From assembly GCA_016208765.1 (NCBI GenBank), contig JACQXK010000001.1, positions 64,218-128,217 on the forward strand: DNA of 64,000 bases, read 5' to 3'. Both the position numbers and the translations under genes were made by a program. Source of the stretch: Candidatus Omnitrophota bacterium (GTDB taxonomy: Bacteria; Omnitrophota; Gorgyraeia; Gygaellales; Profunditerraquicolaceae). Every line of letters begins with the position of its first letter. The first letter of the stretch is position 1. This document shows, piece after piece, positions 54,963 through 64,000 of this stretch. The notes below the pieces were generated by a model, which worked only from the letters and a program-made list of their open reading frames with translations, was not told the DNA's origin and made no database searches.

Positions 54963-56105
54963 GTGAATAAAGAAATACCTTCCGAAAAACTCACCTTTAA
55001 TTATTTACCTGATAAAAAAACTCTTGAGTTTAAATTCATTTCTGACTGGCGCATTAGCGCCGGGCTTCCTGAATTAAAAGAAGCTGTTTTGCAGCTGTCT
55101 GCCCATCAAGACATTAAACAAATTACATTTGATTCCTTTGGATTAACTGCCTGGGATAGCGGTTTTATTTCTTTTTTAATGCAGTTGGTGAAAGAGTGCC
55201 AGCATAGAAAGATTGATGTTTCCTGCCAGGGCCTTCCTGAGGGAGCGGAAAAATTGTTGAAACTTGCCTTGCAGGTAAGAGAAAACGTTACTCTAAAGCC
55301 GGAGCGGGAAGAAAAGCTTTTCCCAAAAATCGGAAGTTTGGTTTTACAGAGGATTGACAGTGCGCATTTGTTTTTGAATTTTCTGGGAGACCTTGTACTT
55401 TCTTTCACTAAACTAATCAGAGGAAAATCTATTATGCGTTGGGATGATTTTCTATTGATTGTACAAAAAAGCGGCGCTAATGCATTTGGCCTTGTTTCTT
55501 TGATCAGTGTTTTAGTGGGTATGATACTTGCTTTTGTCGGAGCAATACAACTTCAATTATTCGGAGCACAGGTTTTTATCGCAGATATTGTAGGTATTGC
55601 CATGGTGCGGGTAATGGGCGCGGTAATGGCTGCTGTTATAATGGCCGGCCGCACCGGAGCTTCTTTTGCAGCAGAGCTCGGCATTATGCAGGTAAATGAA
55701 GAGATAGATGCCTATAAAACTCTCGGCGTTGACCCGATTGAGTTTTTAGTTTTACCGCGGGTAATGGCGCTTGTGTTAATGATGCCGCTTCTAACTATTT
55801 ATGCTGATCTAATGGGTATATTAGGCGGGTTTATTATTGGCACCGGGATGCTTGGTTTAAATCCCGTAGAATACCTGAATCGCACCCAGCAGGCTGTAAA
55901 GCTTAATAATCTTTGGGTTGGGCTTGTGCATAGTGTTGTTTTTGGCATTATCATTGCGCTTGCCGGGTGTTTCCGCGGGATACGTTGTAGCAGGAGCGCG
56001 GCTGGGGTTGGCGAGGCGACTACTTCGGCTGTGGTTACCGGGATTACCAGTATCGTAATCGCCACTGCAATTATTACTTTTGTTTGTCAGGTTTTGGGAG
56101 TTTAA
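54963..56105 (+). CDS. mlaE: MlaE-family ABC permease with N-terminal STAS-like domain
   Basis: The C-terminal 260 aa match the MlaE 5-TM permease (…GAQVFIADIVGIAMVRVMGAVMAAVIMAGRTGASFAAELGIMQVNEEIDA…). The N-terminal ~120 aa form a soluble STAS/anti-sigma-antagonist-like extension. Confidence 0.75.
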   Translation: MNKEIPSEKLTFNYLPDKKTLEFKFISDWRISAGLPELKEAVLQLSAHQDIKQITFDSFGLTAWDSGFISFLMQLVKECQHRKIDVSCQGLPEGAEKLLKLALQVRENVTLKPEREEKLFPKIGSLVLQRIDSAHLFLNFLGDLVLSFTKLIRGKSIMRWDDFLLIVQKSGANAFGLVSLISVLVGMILAFVGAIQLQLFGAQVFIADIVGIAMVRVMGAVMAAVIMAGRTGASFAAELGIMQVNEEIDAYKTLGVDPIEFLVLPRVMALVLMMPLLTIYADLMGILGGFIIGTGMLGLNPVEYLNRTQQAVKLNNLWVGLVHSVVFGIIIALAGCFRGIRCSRSAAGVGEATTSAVVTGITSIVIATAIITFVCQVLGV

Positions 56106-56108
56106 TCT

Positions 56109-56870
56109 ATGGAGAAAAATTCTCAGCCGGTTATTGAGGTGCGCGGCCTTGATGTTGGTTATGATGATGATATTGTGATGCAGGGGCTTAATTTTAAAGT
56201 TAACAAGGGAGATATTTTTATTGTAATGGGAATGAGCGGGTGCGGAAAAAGCACTTTATTAAAAGCCATGATTGGATTACAACAGCCGTTTAAAGGCCAG
56301 GTTCTTTATGACGGAAAAGATTTTTGGCTGGATGCAGAACAGCAGTCAATTATGCAGCGTTTTGGCGTGCTTTATCAGTCGGGGGCTTTGTGGAGTTCTT
56401 TAACATTGGCAGAAAATGTCGCGCTTAGCCTGCAGTTATATACTAAATTATCCCGGGAACAAATCCGGGAAGTGGTGGCATTAAAACTTTCTTTGGTTGG
56501 TTTGGAAGGCTATGAAGATTTGTATCCGTTTGAAATAAGCGGGGGAATGCGTAAAAGGGCCGGCCTTGCGCGGGCAATTGCCCTTGATCCGGACATTATT
56601 TTTTTTGATGAGCCATCGGCCGGGCTTGATCCGGTAAACGCGAAAATGCTTGATGATTTGATTTTGCAATTAAGGGATGTTTTAGGAGCTACGATTGTGG
56701 TAGTGACGCATGAACTTGCCAGCATCTTTGCTATAGGGAATAATTCTATATTTCTTGATGCGGATACAAAAACTATGATTGCTTCGGGCAGCCCTAAAGA
56801 TTTACTGGCTGATTCCAAAGATCCGCGGGTAATTCAATTCTTAACCAGAGGCAATAAGCCGGGAGCATAA
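56109..56870 (+). CDS. mlaF: MlaF-family ABC ATPase
   Basis: It has Walker A GMSGCGKST, the signature ISGGMRKRAGLARAI, and Walker B IFFDEPSAGLD. Confidence 0.85.
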   Translation: MEKNSQPVIEVRGLDVGYDDDIVMQGLNFKVNKGDIFIVMGMSGCGKSTLLKAMIGLQQPFKGQVLYDGKDFWLDAEQQSIMQRFGVLYQSGALWSSLTLAENVALSLQLYTKLSREQIREVVALKLSLVGLEGYEDLYPFEISGGMRKRAGLARAIALDPDIIFFDEPSAGLDPVNAKMLDDLILQLRDVLGATIVVVTHELASIFAIGNNSIFLDADTKTMIASGSPKDLLADSKDPRVIQFLTRGNKPGA

Positions 56871-56872
56871 AG

Positions 56873-57589
56873 ATGACTAAAAAAGCAAATAGGACAGTTA
56901 TAGGAGTATTTGTTGTAGGGGCGGTAGCATTATTTATTACTGGATTGATAGTTTTTGGTTCGGGAGTAATTTTCAATCAAGCAGATGAATATGTTTTATT
57001 TTTTGATGGCTCTATCAAAGGGCTTTCAGTAGGAGCTCCGGTTATTTTTCGTGGAGTAAGGATCGGAAGTGTTAAAGGTATTAGTTTGGTTTATGACCAC
57101 AAGGTGAAGGACTTGGTTATCCCTGTAGTTATTGAGATAATTCCCGGCCGTGTTAAGGGGGCGCCAAAGAAGTGGGGACATAGTAGCTATGAACTGTTGA
57201 TAAAAGAAGGGTTGAGGGCGAAATTAGAGGTTCAGAGTTTTATTACCGGGCAACTAATGATTTCATTTGATTTCTATCCTGATACTATTGCAAACTTGCG
57301 CGGAATTATGAAAAATTACCACGAGTTGCCCACACTTCCTACTACGCCTGATATTTTTGGTGCAATGGAGGATGTGCCTATTAAAGAAATCGCGCAGAAT
57401 TTGGATATTACGGTGAAAGGGATCAACAGCCTGCTTGATTCCGGTTATTTGCAGGAAACTTTTTATGAATTAAAGGGCGCTTTACAGGAGATAACCCAGT
57501 CGGCACGATCTTTCCGCATGCTTGTTGATTATCTTGAACAGCATCCGGAAGCCTTTTTAAAAGGCAAGCCAATTATTAAAGGAGAATAA
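56873..57589 (+). CDS. mlaD: MlaD-family MCE-domain protein
   Basis: It has an N-terminal TM followed by an MCE domain (FDGSIKGLSVGAPVIFRGVRIGSV). Confidence 0.75.
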   Translation: MTKKANRTVIGVFVVGAVALFITGLIVFGSGVIFNQADEYVLFFDGSIKGLSVGAPVIFRGVRIGSVKGISLVYDHKVKDLVIPVVIEIIPGRVKGAPKKWGHSSYELLIKEGLRAKLEVQSFITGQLMISFDFYPDTIANLRGIMKNYHELPTLPTTPDIFGAMEDVPIKEIAQNLDITVKGINSLLDSGYLQETFYELKGALQEITQSARSFRMLVDYLEQHPEAFLKGKPIIKGE

Positions 57590-57590
57590 G

Positions 57591-58220
57591 ATGACTCGCT
57601 TTAAGAATGATTTTTGCAATGTTGTAGTTATTATGTTTTTTGTTTTTATTATGGGAGGGTGTTTATCTGTTCCGGAAAGCCAAAATCCGCATTTTTATAT
57701 GTTGCAGCCATTAGAGAATGACCAGATAATACAAAAGTTCAACCTTCTTCCTGAGGCTATTATCGGGATCGGGCCGGTAAAGATTCCTGAATATTTGAAT
57801 CGCCCGCAAATCGTAACTTTGAATAAAGATGCTACGATGAGATTTTCTGAATTTGACCGTTGGGCAGAGTCGCTGAATTTTCTGTTGGCAGGTGTTGTGA
57901 GAGAGAATCTTATATTGATGCTTCCGGGAGCAAAATTTGAAATATATCCATGGAATGTGGCTATTCCGGTTAAGTATCAGGTGATGATAGAAGTAGTGCA
58001 ATTTGATGCCAGGCTTGAAAAAGATTTATTTTTTGTGGTACAATGGTCAGTGTTTGATATTAATAATAAACGGATGTTGGCTATAAAGAGGTCAGAGTTT
58101 CGGCAGGCAATTGATCAGCATAATTATTCTGCTTTAGTTAGTGCGTTTAACCTTGAGTGCGGTTCATTAAGCAGCCAGATCGCTGAAGAAATAGCAGGTT
58201 TTGAAAATAAGAAGGAATAG
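57591..58220 (+). CDS. ABC-transport auxiliary lipoprotein (PF03886/YmbA-like)
   Basis: It has a lipobox (IMGGCLS) and the size and position typical of Mla-associated lipoproteins. Confidence 0.55.
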   Translation: MTRFKNDFCNVVVIMFFVFIMGGCLSVPESQNPHFYMLQPLENDQIIQKFNLLPEAIIGIGPVKIPEYLNRPQIVTLNKDATMRFSEFDRWAESLNFLLAGVVRENLILMLPGAKFEIYPWNVAIPVKYQVMIEVVQFDARLEKDLFFVVQWSVFDINNKRMLAIKRSEFRQAIDQHNYSALVSAFNLECGSLSSQIAEEIAGFENKKE

Positions 58221-58229
58221 GAGGGAGAT

Positions 58230-58355
58230 ATGGGAGTTGAGAAATCTGGAGAAAAATATAGATGCAATGTATGCGGGAACGAAGTTGTGGTTACTAAAGC
58301 AGGCGGTGGAGAATTAGTTTGTTGTAAGCAGCCAATGGAAAAGATTGAAGGATAA
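58230..58355 (+). CDS. Desulforedoxin-like small protein (41 aa)
   Basis: The sequence is [41 protein letters not shown]. The C-x2-C...GGGxLVCCxxxM pattern is that of desulforedoxin. There is a strong RBS aggaggga. The ORF is below the ORF-track cutoff. Confidence 0.55.
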   Translation: MGVEKSGEKYRCNVCGNEVVVTKAGGGELVCCKQPMEKIEG

Positions 58356-58373
58356 AATCAGGGAATTTTAACT

Positions 58374-59579
58374 ATGCTTAATTACAGAAAAGTTTATCTT
58401 GACCACAATTCAACCACACCAATACATCCAGAAGTAAGAAAAGCAATGATTGCTGCTATGAATACTTTCGGTAATCCTTCCAGTTTGCATGAATTTGGCA
58501 GGGTTGCCAGGTCCTTAGTAGAAAAATCGCGCGAAAAGCTGGCCTTATTTGTCGGGGCTGACCCTAAAGAAATTGTTTTTATGGGAAGCGGCTCCGAGGC
58601 GAATAATACCGTGCTTAATTTATTTTCTTGTGCGGGTTTTAGAAAGTGCGAGGTTTTAGGTTGCAGTTTAGCCAAAAAAGAAGTGATAACTACCAGGATT
58701 GAGCATCCGTGTGTTTTGGAATCCGCAGCTTGTCTTGCTGAGCGCGGAGTAGTGGTGCATTCAATTGGTGTTGACCAATATGGCAAAATTAATCTGGAAG
58801 AATTTAAAAAAAGATTATCCGGTGATACAGGTTTAGTTTCAATTATGGCGGCAAACAATGAAATAGGTACTATTCAGGATATTAAAGAGCTGGTTAAAAT
58901 AGCCCATGGTAAAGGAGCACTATTTCATACGGATGCGGTGCAGGCAATAGGTAAATTTCCCATGAATGTAAAAGACCTTGATGTGGATTACCTTTCTTTG
59001 TCGGGGCATAAAATTTACGGGCCTAAAGGAGTGGGTGCATTGTATGTGAAAAAAGGAGTGCAATTCTGTCCGTTTATCTGCGGCGGCCATCAGGAGCACG
59101 GCAGGCGCGCAGGAACTGAAAATACTTTAGGGATTGTAGGGTTAGCTAAGGCCATTGAAATGCGGGAAAAAGAAATGGCAGACGAGTACGAAAGAATGTT
59201 TAAGCTAAAGAAGCTTCTCAAACAAGGAATTGAAGAGAATATCCCGGATATTTTGTTTAACGGGCATCCTATAGAAAGCCTTGCAAGCACTCTAAATGTT
59301 TCTTTCTTGGGCGCTGAAGGAGAGGCAATCCTGTTGTATCTTGATTTAGAAGGGATTGCTGTTTCAACTGGTTCTGCCTGCGCCTCTTCGTCTTTGGATC
59401 CTTCGCATGTGCTTATGGCAACCGGCATTTCTCAGGAACAAGCACACGGATCCATCCGCATGAGTATGGGCAGGGAAACTACCAAGAAAGATATTAATTA
59501 TGTTATAAAAAAACTTACCAAGGTAATTAAGCATGTAAGGGATATTTCTACGGTTGTATCAGGAGAAAAACATGGATAG
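58374..59579 (+). CDS. nifS: Cysteine desulfurase (NifS/IscS class)
   Basis: It has the PLP-lysine region SLSGHKIYGPKGVGALYV and the active-site loop GSACASS. Confidence 0.85.
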   Translation: MLNYRKVYLDHNSTTPIHPEVRKAMIAAMNTFGNPSSLHEFGRVARSLVEKSREKLALFVGADPKEIVFMGSGSEANNTVLNLFSCAGFRKCEVLGCSLAKKEVITTRIEHPCVLESAACLAERGVVVHSIGVDQYGKINLEEFKKRLSGDTGLVSIMAANNEIGTIQDIKELVKIAHGKGALFHTDAVQAIGKFPMNVKDLDVDYLSLSGHKIYGPKGVGALYVKKGVQFCPFICGGHQEHGRRAGTENTLGIVGLAKAIEMREKEMADEYERMFKLKKLLKQGIEENIPDILFNGHPIESLASTLNVSFLGAEGEAILLYLDLEGIAVSTGSACASSSLDPSHVLMATGISQEQAHGSIRMSMGRETTKKDINYVIKKLTKVIKHVRDISTVVSGEKHG

Positions 59580-60180
59580 TATTAATTGGCTGTATACTGA
59601 TAAGGTTAAAGATCATTTTATGCATCCGCGTAATGTGTTGATGGATGAGTCAGGATTTGAAGCAGACGCAAAAGGGATAATCGGCAATATTAAATGTGGT
59701 GATGAAATGTTGATTTTTATTAAAGTTGACAAGGAGAAAGAGATAATCACTGATTGTAAATGGAAAACTTTTGGTTGTGCAAGCGCAATTGCCAGCACGT
59801 CAGTGCTTTCTGAGATGGCAATTGGAAAAACGCTTGAAGAGGCTTACAAAATCACCTCGCATGATATTGCCAAGGCCCTGGGAAGCTTGCCGGAGCATAA
59901 GATACATTGTTCGGTTTTAGGAGATAAAGCTCTAAGGGCGGCTATTGATGATTATTATATGCGTCATGGTATGGATGATAAAGTTAAGAAAGAAAAGGAA
60001 CACATTATTTGCCAGTGTTTAGGTATTACGGATAAAGAAATAGAAAATGCTGTGCTTGAGGGGGCGAGGACATACATAGAGCTTCAGGAGCATACTAAAA
60101 TCGGAACGGTCTGCGGTAAATGCAAGGAAAAATCTCTTGAATTGATGCAGCAATATATGGAGAAATATTTTAAGAAATAA
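59572..60180 (+). CDS. nifU: NifU-like Fe-S scaffold (IscU-like N-domain + BFD-like [2Fe-2S] domain)
   Basis: It carries HPRNVLMDE...GNIKCGDEM...FGCASAIAS (three scaffold Cys) and a central ICQCLGITD...GTVCGKC BFD-like motif. It overlaps the nifS stop. Confidence 0.8.
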   Translation: MDSINWLYTDKVKDHFMHPRNVLMDESGFEADAKGIIGNIKCGDEMLIFIKVDKEKEIITDCKWKTFGCASAIASTSVLSEMAIGKTLEEAYKITSHDIAKALGSLPEHKIHCSVLGDKALRAAIDDYYMRHGMDDKVKKEKEHIICQCLGITDKEIENAVLEGARTYIELQEHTKIGTVCGKCKEKSLELMQQYMEKYFKK

Positions 60181-60386
60181 TTGTGTGTAAATAAGTAACT
60201 GCTTCAGGGGTAACAAAACGTTTCGGGAGGGAGGTGAGGCAGAGATGAGTTGCGGATCATGCGGGCCAAAAAAGGCAAAGAAAAAAGTTAAGAAAGCAAA
60301 AAAGAAATAGGTTTTAAGATGGGGCAGGTATAAATGTATCTGCCCCATCTTGTTTAACCCGAAATCATATTGCAAAATTCGGGTTT

Positions 60387-62075
60387 ATGGAGGAAATTAT
60401 GATTGATTTTTCTATTCTTATCGGGGGTAAGGCAGGTTTTGGCATTGATAAATCCGGCAGCATAATCGGCAGGTTATTGAACCAGCTTGGATACCGGGTT
60501 TTTATCTATAGGGATTATCCTTCAATTATCAGGGGTGGACATACCTTTTCTATTATCCGCGCGCATGAGAGTAAAATTGCAGCTTATCAGGATAAAGTGG
60601 ATTTTGTTATTGCGTTAAATCAGGAAACGCTTGATTTGCATAAGAGCCGGTTAAAGAAAGAATGTTTTTATATATTTGATTCAGATCAGCTTAAGCTGGA
60701 TGCCGGCCAGGCTTGCGGTATTGGTGCTCCTTTAGGTAAAATTCTTAAAGAGGAAAATGCTCCGGAGATAATGCGCAATAGTTGTATTATCGGGGCATTG
60801 GCAAAAGCTATAGGTATTGATTTTGGAATTTTGGAGAATGTCCTTAAAAAAGAATTTAGCAAAGAAGTTGAGTTAAATATAAAGGTGGCCCGGAGGGGAT
60901 TTGATGAAGCAAAAGAGTTAATAAAAATTGAAAGTTTAAAACAGGAAATCTTGCCGTTAGTTTCCGGAAATGAGGCGGTTGCGCTCGGCCTGATTAAAGG
61001 CGGGCTTAGTGCGTTTATTGCTTATCCGATGACCCCTACCTCTCCGGTCTTGCATTATCTTGCCGAAGTTGCCGATAATTTTTTATTAGATGTGATTCAT
61101 CCGGAAAGTGAAATCTCTGTAATTTTGATGGCCCTCGGGTTTTCTTATATTGGCAGGAAAGTGGCTGTGGGCACTTCTGGCGGAGGGTTCTGTCTTATGA
61201 CAGAAGGCTTAAGTTTTGCTGCAATGGCAGAGTTGCCGGTTGTTATAATCTTAGGCCAACGTCCCGGCCCTTCAACAGGGCTTCCGACGTATTCTGCGCA
61301 AACTGAGTTAAGCTTTGCTTTGAGCGCCGGGCAGGGAGAATTTACGCGTTTTATTGCTGCTCCTGGAGATGCAGAAGAGGCATATTACTGGTCGGCTGTT
61401 TCCATGAATGTGAGCTGGAAATACCAAATACCTTCAATAATCCTTACAGATAAAAATTTAGGGGAGAGTGTTTCTAATTTTGATATAAATTCAGTTGATG
61501 AGATAAAAGAAGAAAAACCAATTCTTTGGGATGGCAAATCTCCTTATAAAAGATATGCGTTTACTGAAAACGGAGTTTCGCCGTTGGCTTTTGTGCCGGC
61601 TAAAGATGCGATAGTTAAAATAAATAGTTATGAACATGATGAATCCGGCATTACTACTGAAGATCCGGAGCTCTCAAGGTTAATGCAGGAAAAACGGTTG
61701 AGAAAAAAGGAATTTCTTATTGAAGACTTAGAAGCCCTTGGGTTAGTTAAAGTTTATGGCAATAAAGATGCGCAAGTTTCTTTAGTTTGTTGGGGTTCTA
61801 ATAAAGGGGTTTGTATTGAGGTTGCTCAAAAAATGGGATTAAGGCTTATACAGCCTTTGGTCATTGAGCCATTCCCAATTAAACAATTTAATGCAGCTCT
61901 TTCAGGAGTAAATAAAATTATTTTGGTAGAATGCAATGCCACTGCTCAGCTTGCAGGCCTTCTTAAGGGGTATGGGATTAATGCGGACAGCCTGATATTA
62001 AAATACGACGGCAGGCCATTCTCTCTTGAAGAGCTTGAGAAAAAAATAAGCGAGGTCTTAATATGGGTCAGATAA
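60387..62075 (+). CDS. korA: 2-oxoacid:ferredoxin oxidoreductase alpha subunit (gamma-alpha fusion, KorA/PorA-like)
   Basis: It has the N-terminal gamma-domain IGGKAGFGIDKSGSIIGRL, followed by an alpha domain (GNEAVALGLIKGGLSAFIAYPMTPTS). Confidence 0.8.
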   Translation: MEEIMIDFSILIGGKAGFGIDKSGSIIGRLLNQLGYRVFIYRDYPSIIRGGHTFSIIRAHESKIAAYQDKVDFVIALNQETLDLHKSRLKKECFYIFDSDQLKLDAGQACGIGAPLGKILKEENAPEIMRNSCIIGALAKAIGIDFGILENVLKKEFSKEVELNIKVARRGFDEAKELIKIESLKQEILPLVSGNEAVALGLIKGGLSAFIAYPMTPTSPVLHYLAEVADNFLLDVIHPESEISVILMALGFSYIGRKVAVGTSGGGFCLMTEGLSFAAMAELPVVIILGQRPGPSTGLPTYSAQTELSFALSAGQGEFTRFIAAPGDAEEAYYWSAVSMNVSWKYQIPSIILTDKNLGESVSNFDINSVDEIKEEKPILWDGKSPYKRYAFTENGVSPLAFVPAKDAIVKINSYEHDESGITTEDPELSRLMQEKRLRKKEFLIEDLEALGLVKVYGNKDAQVSLVCWGSNKGVCIEVAQKMGLRLIQPLVIEPFPIKQFNAALSGVNKIILVECNATAQLAGLLKGYGINADSLILKYDGRPFSLEELEKKISEVLIWVR

Positions 62076-62914
62076 ACTTAGGTACTTATGCGCAAAATAC
62101 ATGGTGCCCCGGGTGCGGAAATTTTGCGATTTTAAATGCCATAAAGTCAGTGCTGAATGATTTATGCGCCGAGGGGCTTCTTTTGGAAAATGTAGTTTTG
62201 GTTTCCGGTATTGGTTGTCACGCAAAGATAGTTGATTATATTAATGTAAACAGTTTTTATTCTATCCACGGGAGGGCAGTACCTGCGGCAGAGGGAATAA
62301 AATTAGCGGATCCTAAATTAAAAGTAATCGGTTTTGCCGGTGACGGCGATGCCTACGGAGAGGGAATTGAGCATTTGATTTTTGCCGCCAAGCGTAACAT
62401 TGATATTACAATGATTATCCATAATAACCGTGTTTACGGCCTTACTACAGGCCAGTATACCCCTACTTCGCCTCTGGGCTTCCGGGGCCGTTCTACTCCG
62501 CGCGGCACAAGCGAACTTCCTATAAATCCTCTTGAAGTTATGTTGGCAAGCGGCGCTACTTATTTGGCTCGCGGCACATCCCACGGCATTGAGCTTTTAA
62601 AAAATATTTTCAAAGAAGCTATTTTGCATAAGGGTTTTTCTTTAGTTGATGTCTTGCAGGTTTGCGTTACGTATTTTAATATGTATGAATATTATGATAA
62701 GCACGCCTACGAATTAAAAGATCATAACTCAGGCGATTATCTTCAGGCCTTAAACAAAATCAGGGAGTGGGATTATAATAAAGAATCACCGATTGCCCTG
62801 GGCACACTTTATAAAAATCAAGCCACTATATTTGAAGAAAGATTTATTTCTCCTAAAACAGAAGTGAAAGAAATAGATACAAAAATAAAGGCTATATTAT
62901 CGGAAGCCCGATAG
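62063..62914 (+). CDS. korB: 2-oxoacid:ferredoxin oxidoreductase beta subunit (TPP-binding)
   Basis: It has WCPGCGNFAIL and GDGDAYGEG (TPP motif). It overlaps korA. Confidence 0.8.
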   Translation: MGQINLGTYAQNTWCPGCGNFAILNAIKSVLNDLCAEGLLLENVVLVSGIGCHAKIVDYINVNSFYSIHGRAVPAAEGIKLADPKLKVIGFAGDGDAYGEGIEHLIFAAKRNIDITMIIHNNRVYGLTTGQYTPTSPLGFRGRSTPRGTSELPINPLEVMLASGATYLARGTSHGIELLKNIFKEAILHKGFSLVDVLQVCVTYFNMYEYYDKHAYELKDHNSGDYLQALNKIREWDYNKESPIALGTLYKNQATIFEERFISPKTEVKEIDTKIKAILSEAR

Positions 62915-62929
62915 AGGCAAGTGAATAAA

Positions 62930-64000
62930 ATGCAAAAGCGGCGTTTCATAAGATTAGCTATAGCCCAGATAAACAGCTGCGTGGGAGATTTTTCAGGTAA
63001 CTCTGAGAAAATAATAAGTTGCCTTGGGCGCTCTGTGCAAAGCGGTTGTGATATCGTTATTTTTCCAGAACTGGCGGTCTGCGGATATCCACCGGAGGAC
63101 CTGCTTTTTAAGAAAAACTTTATTGCACAGAACCAGAGGCAGATAGATCTTATAAAAAAGCATACCTCTGGAATAACTGCAATTGTCGGTTTTGCCTCCA
63201 AAGTTAAAGGAAAGCTTTATAATAGTGCTGCGATGTTGTCCGGCGGCAAGGTCTTAGATGTTTATCATAAGATGCACCTGCCGAATTACGGGGTTTTTGA
63301 TGAGAAAAGATATTTCTCCGCAGGTACTTCCTTTTGTTTGTATAGGATTATTGACAGGTATTTTGCCATTAATATCTGCGAGGATATCTGGGTTGATGAT
63401 GGCCTCGTTGCCCGCCAGGCAAAAGCCGGGGCAAGCCTCGTCATTAATATCAATGCCTCGCCGTATCATATAAATAAAATCTACCAGCGTCAGAAAATGA
63501 TCAAGGCGCAGGCCAGAAAACACAGGATTTTTGTGGCATATGCAAATTTAATAGGAGGCCAGGATGAACTGGTTTTTGACGGCCAGAGTATGTTAATTTC
63601 TTCGCGCGCAAGAGTGCTTTTTACCGCACCTGCCTTTGAAGAAGATTTATCTTTTATAGATATTGATTTAGATGCTTTACCTAAGAAAAAATACTCTAAG
63701 GGTGTTAAGATAATTTCTTTAGGGCTAAAAGATAAGGAATTGCATCCGCTTTCAAAAGCACCTAAACCGCAGAAATTGAATGTTACCGATGAGGTTTTTA
63801 AGGCCTTGGTCTTAGGGACAAAAGATTATTTCTTAAAGAATGGATTTAGCAAGGCTGTCTTAGGCCTAAGCGGAGGTATTGACTCTGCGCTTGTGGCAGT
63901 GGTTGCTAAAGAGGCATTGGGCAGCCAGAATGTTCTGGGAGTAGCGCTTCCTTCGCAGTTCAATGCGCCTGAAAGTTTGGAGGATGCAAAAAGCCTGGCG
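62930..64000 (+). CDS. nadE: Glutamine-dependent NAD+ synthetase (N-terminal nitrilase domain + PP-loop synthetase), 3' truncated by window edge
   Basis: Manual translation gives MQKRRFIRLAIAQINS...FPELAVCGYPPEDL (CN-hydrolase) and later GLSGGIDSALVA (PP-loop). The ORF is absent from the ORF track because it runs off the window. Confidence 0.8.
   Translation, partial: MQKRRFIRLAIAQINSCVGDFSGNSEKIISCLGRSVQSGCDIVIFPELAVCGYPPEDLLFKKNFIAQNQRQIDLIKKHTSGITAIVGFASKVKGKLYNSAAMLSGGKVLDVYHKMHLPNYGVFDEKRYFSAGTSFCLYRIIDRYFAINICEDIWVDDGLVARQAKAGASLVININASPYHINKIYQRQKMIKAQARKHRIFVAYANLIGGQDELVFDGQSMLISSRARVLFTAPAFEEDLSFIDIDLDALPKKKYSKGVKIISLGLKDKELHPLSKAPKPQKLNVTDEVFKALVLGTKDYFLKNGFSKAVLGLSGGIDSALVAVVAKEALGSQNVLGVALPSQFNAPESLEDAKSLA

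Noticed and set aside
1-64000. CRISPR arrays, rRNA genes, transposase/integrase genes
   Set aside because: I looked for regularly spaced direct repeats and for rRNA signature motifs and found none. No ORF has transposase or integrase motifs. The only repeats are those described above: the MITE-like units, the 95-nt elements, the 59-bp tandem and the protein-internal 33-bp repeats.

Overview
This 64 kb window comes from an AT-rich genome with short intergenic spacers and standard-code ORFs. Encoded functions point to an anaerobic diderm bacterium: superoxide reductase, desulforedoxin, 2-oxoacid:ferredoxin oxidoreductase, NifS/NifU, B12-radical-SAM enzymes, an Mla lipid-transport system and Mg2+ P-type ATPase.

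Most of the window is housekeeping. It holds the PPDK 3' end, smpB with tmRNA, an amidase with murI, queDEF, class I fumarase alpha/beta, rph with rdgB, engB, pif1, a PadR-regulated MacAB-like efflux operon, uup, pyk, plsC, arfB, a DEAD-box helicase, yciH, mgtA, mlaEFD, nifSU, korAB and nadE. Five tRNA-like genes are present: tRNA-Leu(CAG) on the minus strand, tRNA-Pro, tRNA-Arg and tRNA-His, plus tmRNA.

The stretch that stands out is an accessory island directly downstream of tRNA-Arg/tRNA-His (about 13.2-17.7 kb). It contains a DpnI-like methyl-directed restriction endonuclease with two tiny flanking ORFs, a DUF45/YgjP-like metallopeptidase, and a stand-alone SIR2_2-type (defence-type sirtuin-like) protein translationally coupled to a 91-aa protein of unknown fold. 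Immediately after it comes a roughly 0.9 kb GC-rich, ORF-free, heavily hairpinned region. I read the SIR2 + small-partner pair as a candidate undescribed two-gene defence module and the GC-rich block as a possible large structured ncRNA or element end.

Other non-genic structure:
- A roughly 85-nt double-hairpin MITE-like repeat occurs in 3 copies; one copy carries an expanded G/GGT tract.
- A roughly 95-nt conserved AT-rich intergenic element occurs in 3 copies next to accessory genes (SIR2, FGE-domain gene).
- A 59-bp tandem duplication carrying a promoter-like motif lies upstream of tRNA-Pro.
- There is a tRNA-Leu 3'-end direct repeat.
- An RRM protein carries a C-terminal array of 33-bp repeats.
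- PPDK continues into an unusual ~460-aa C-terminal extension.
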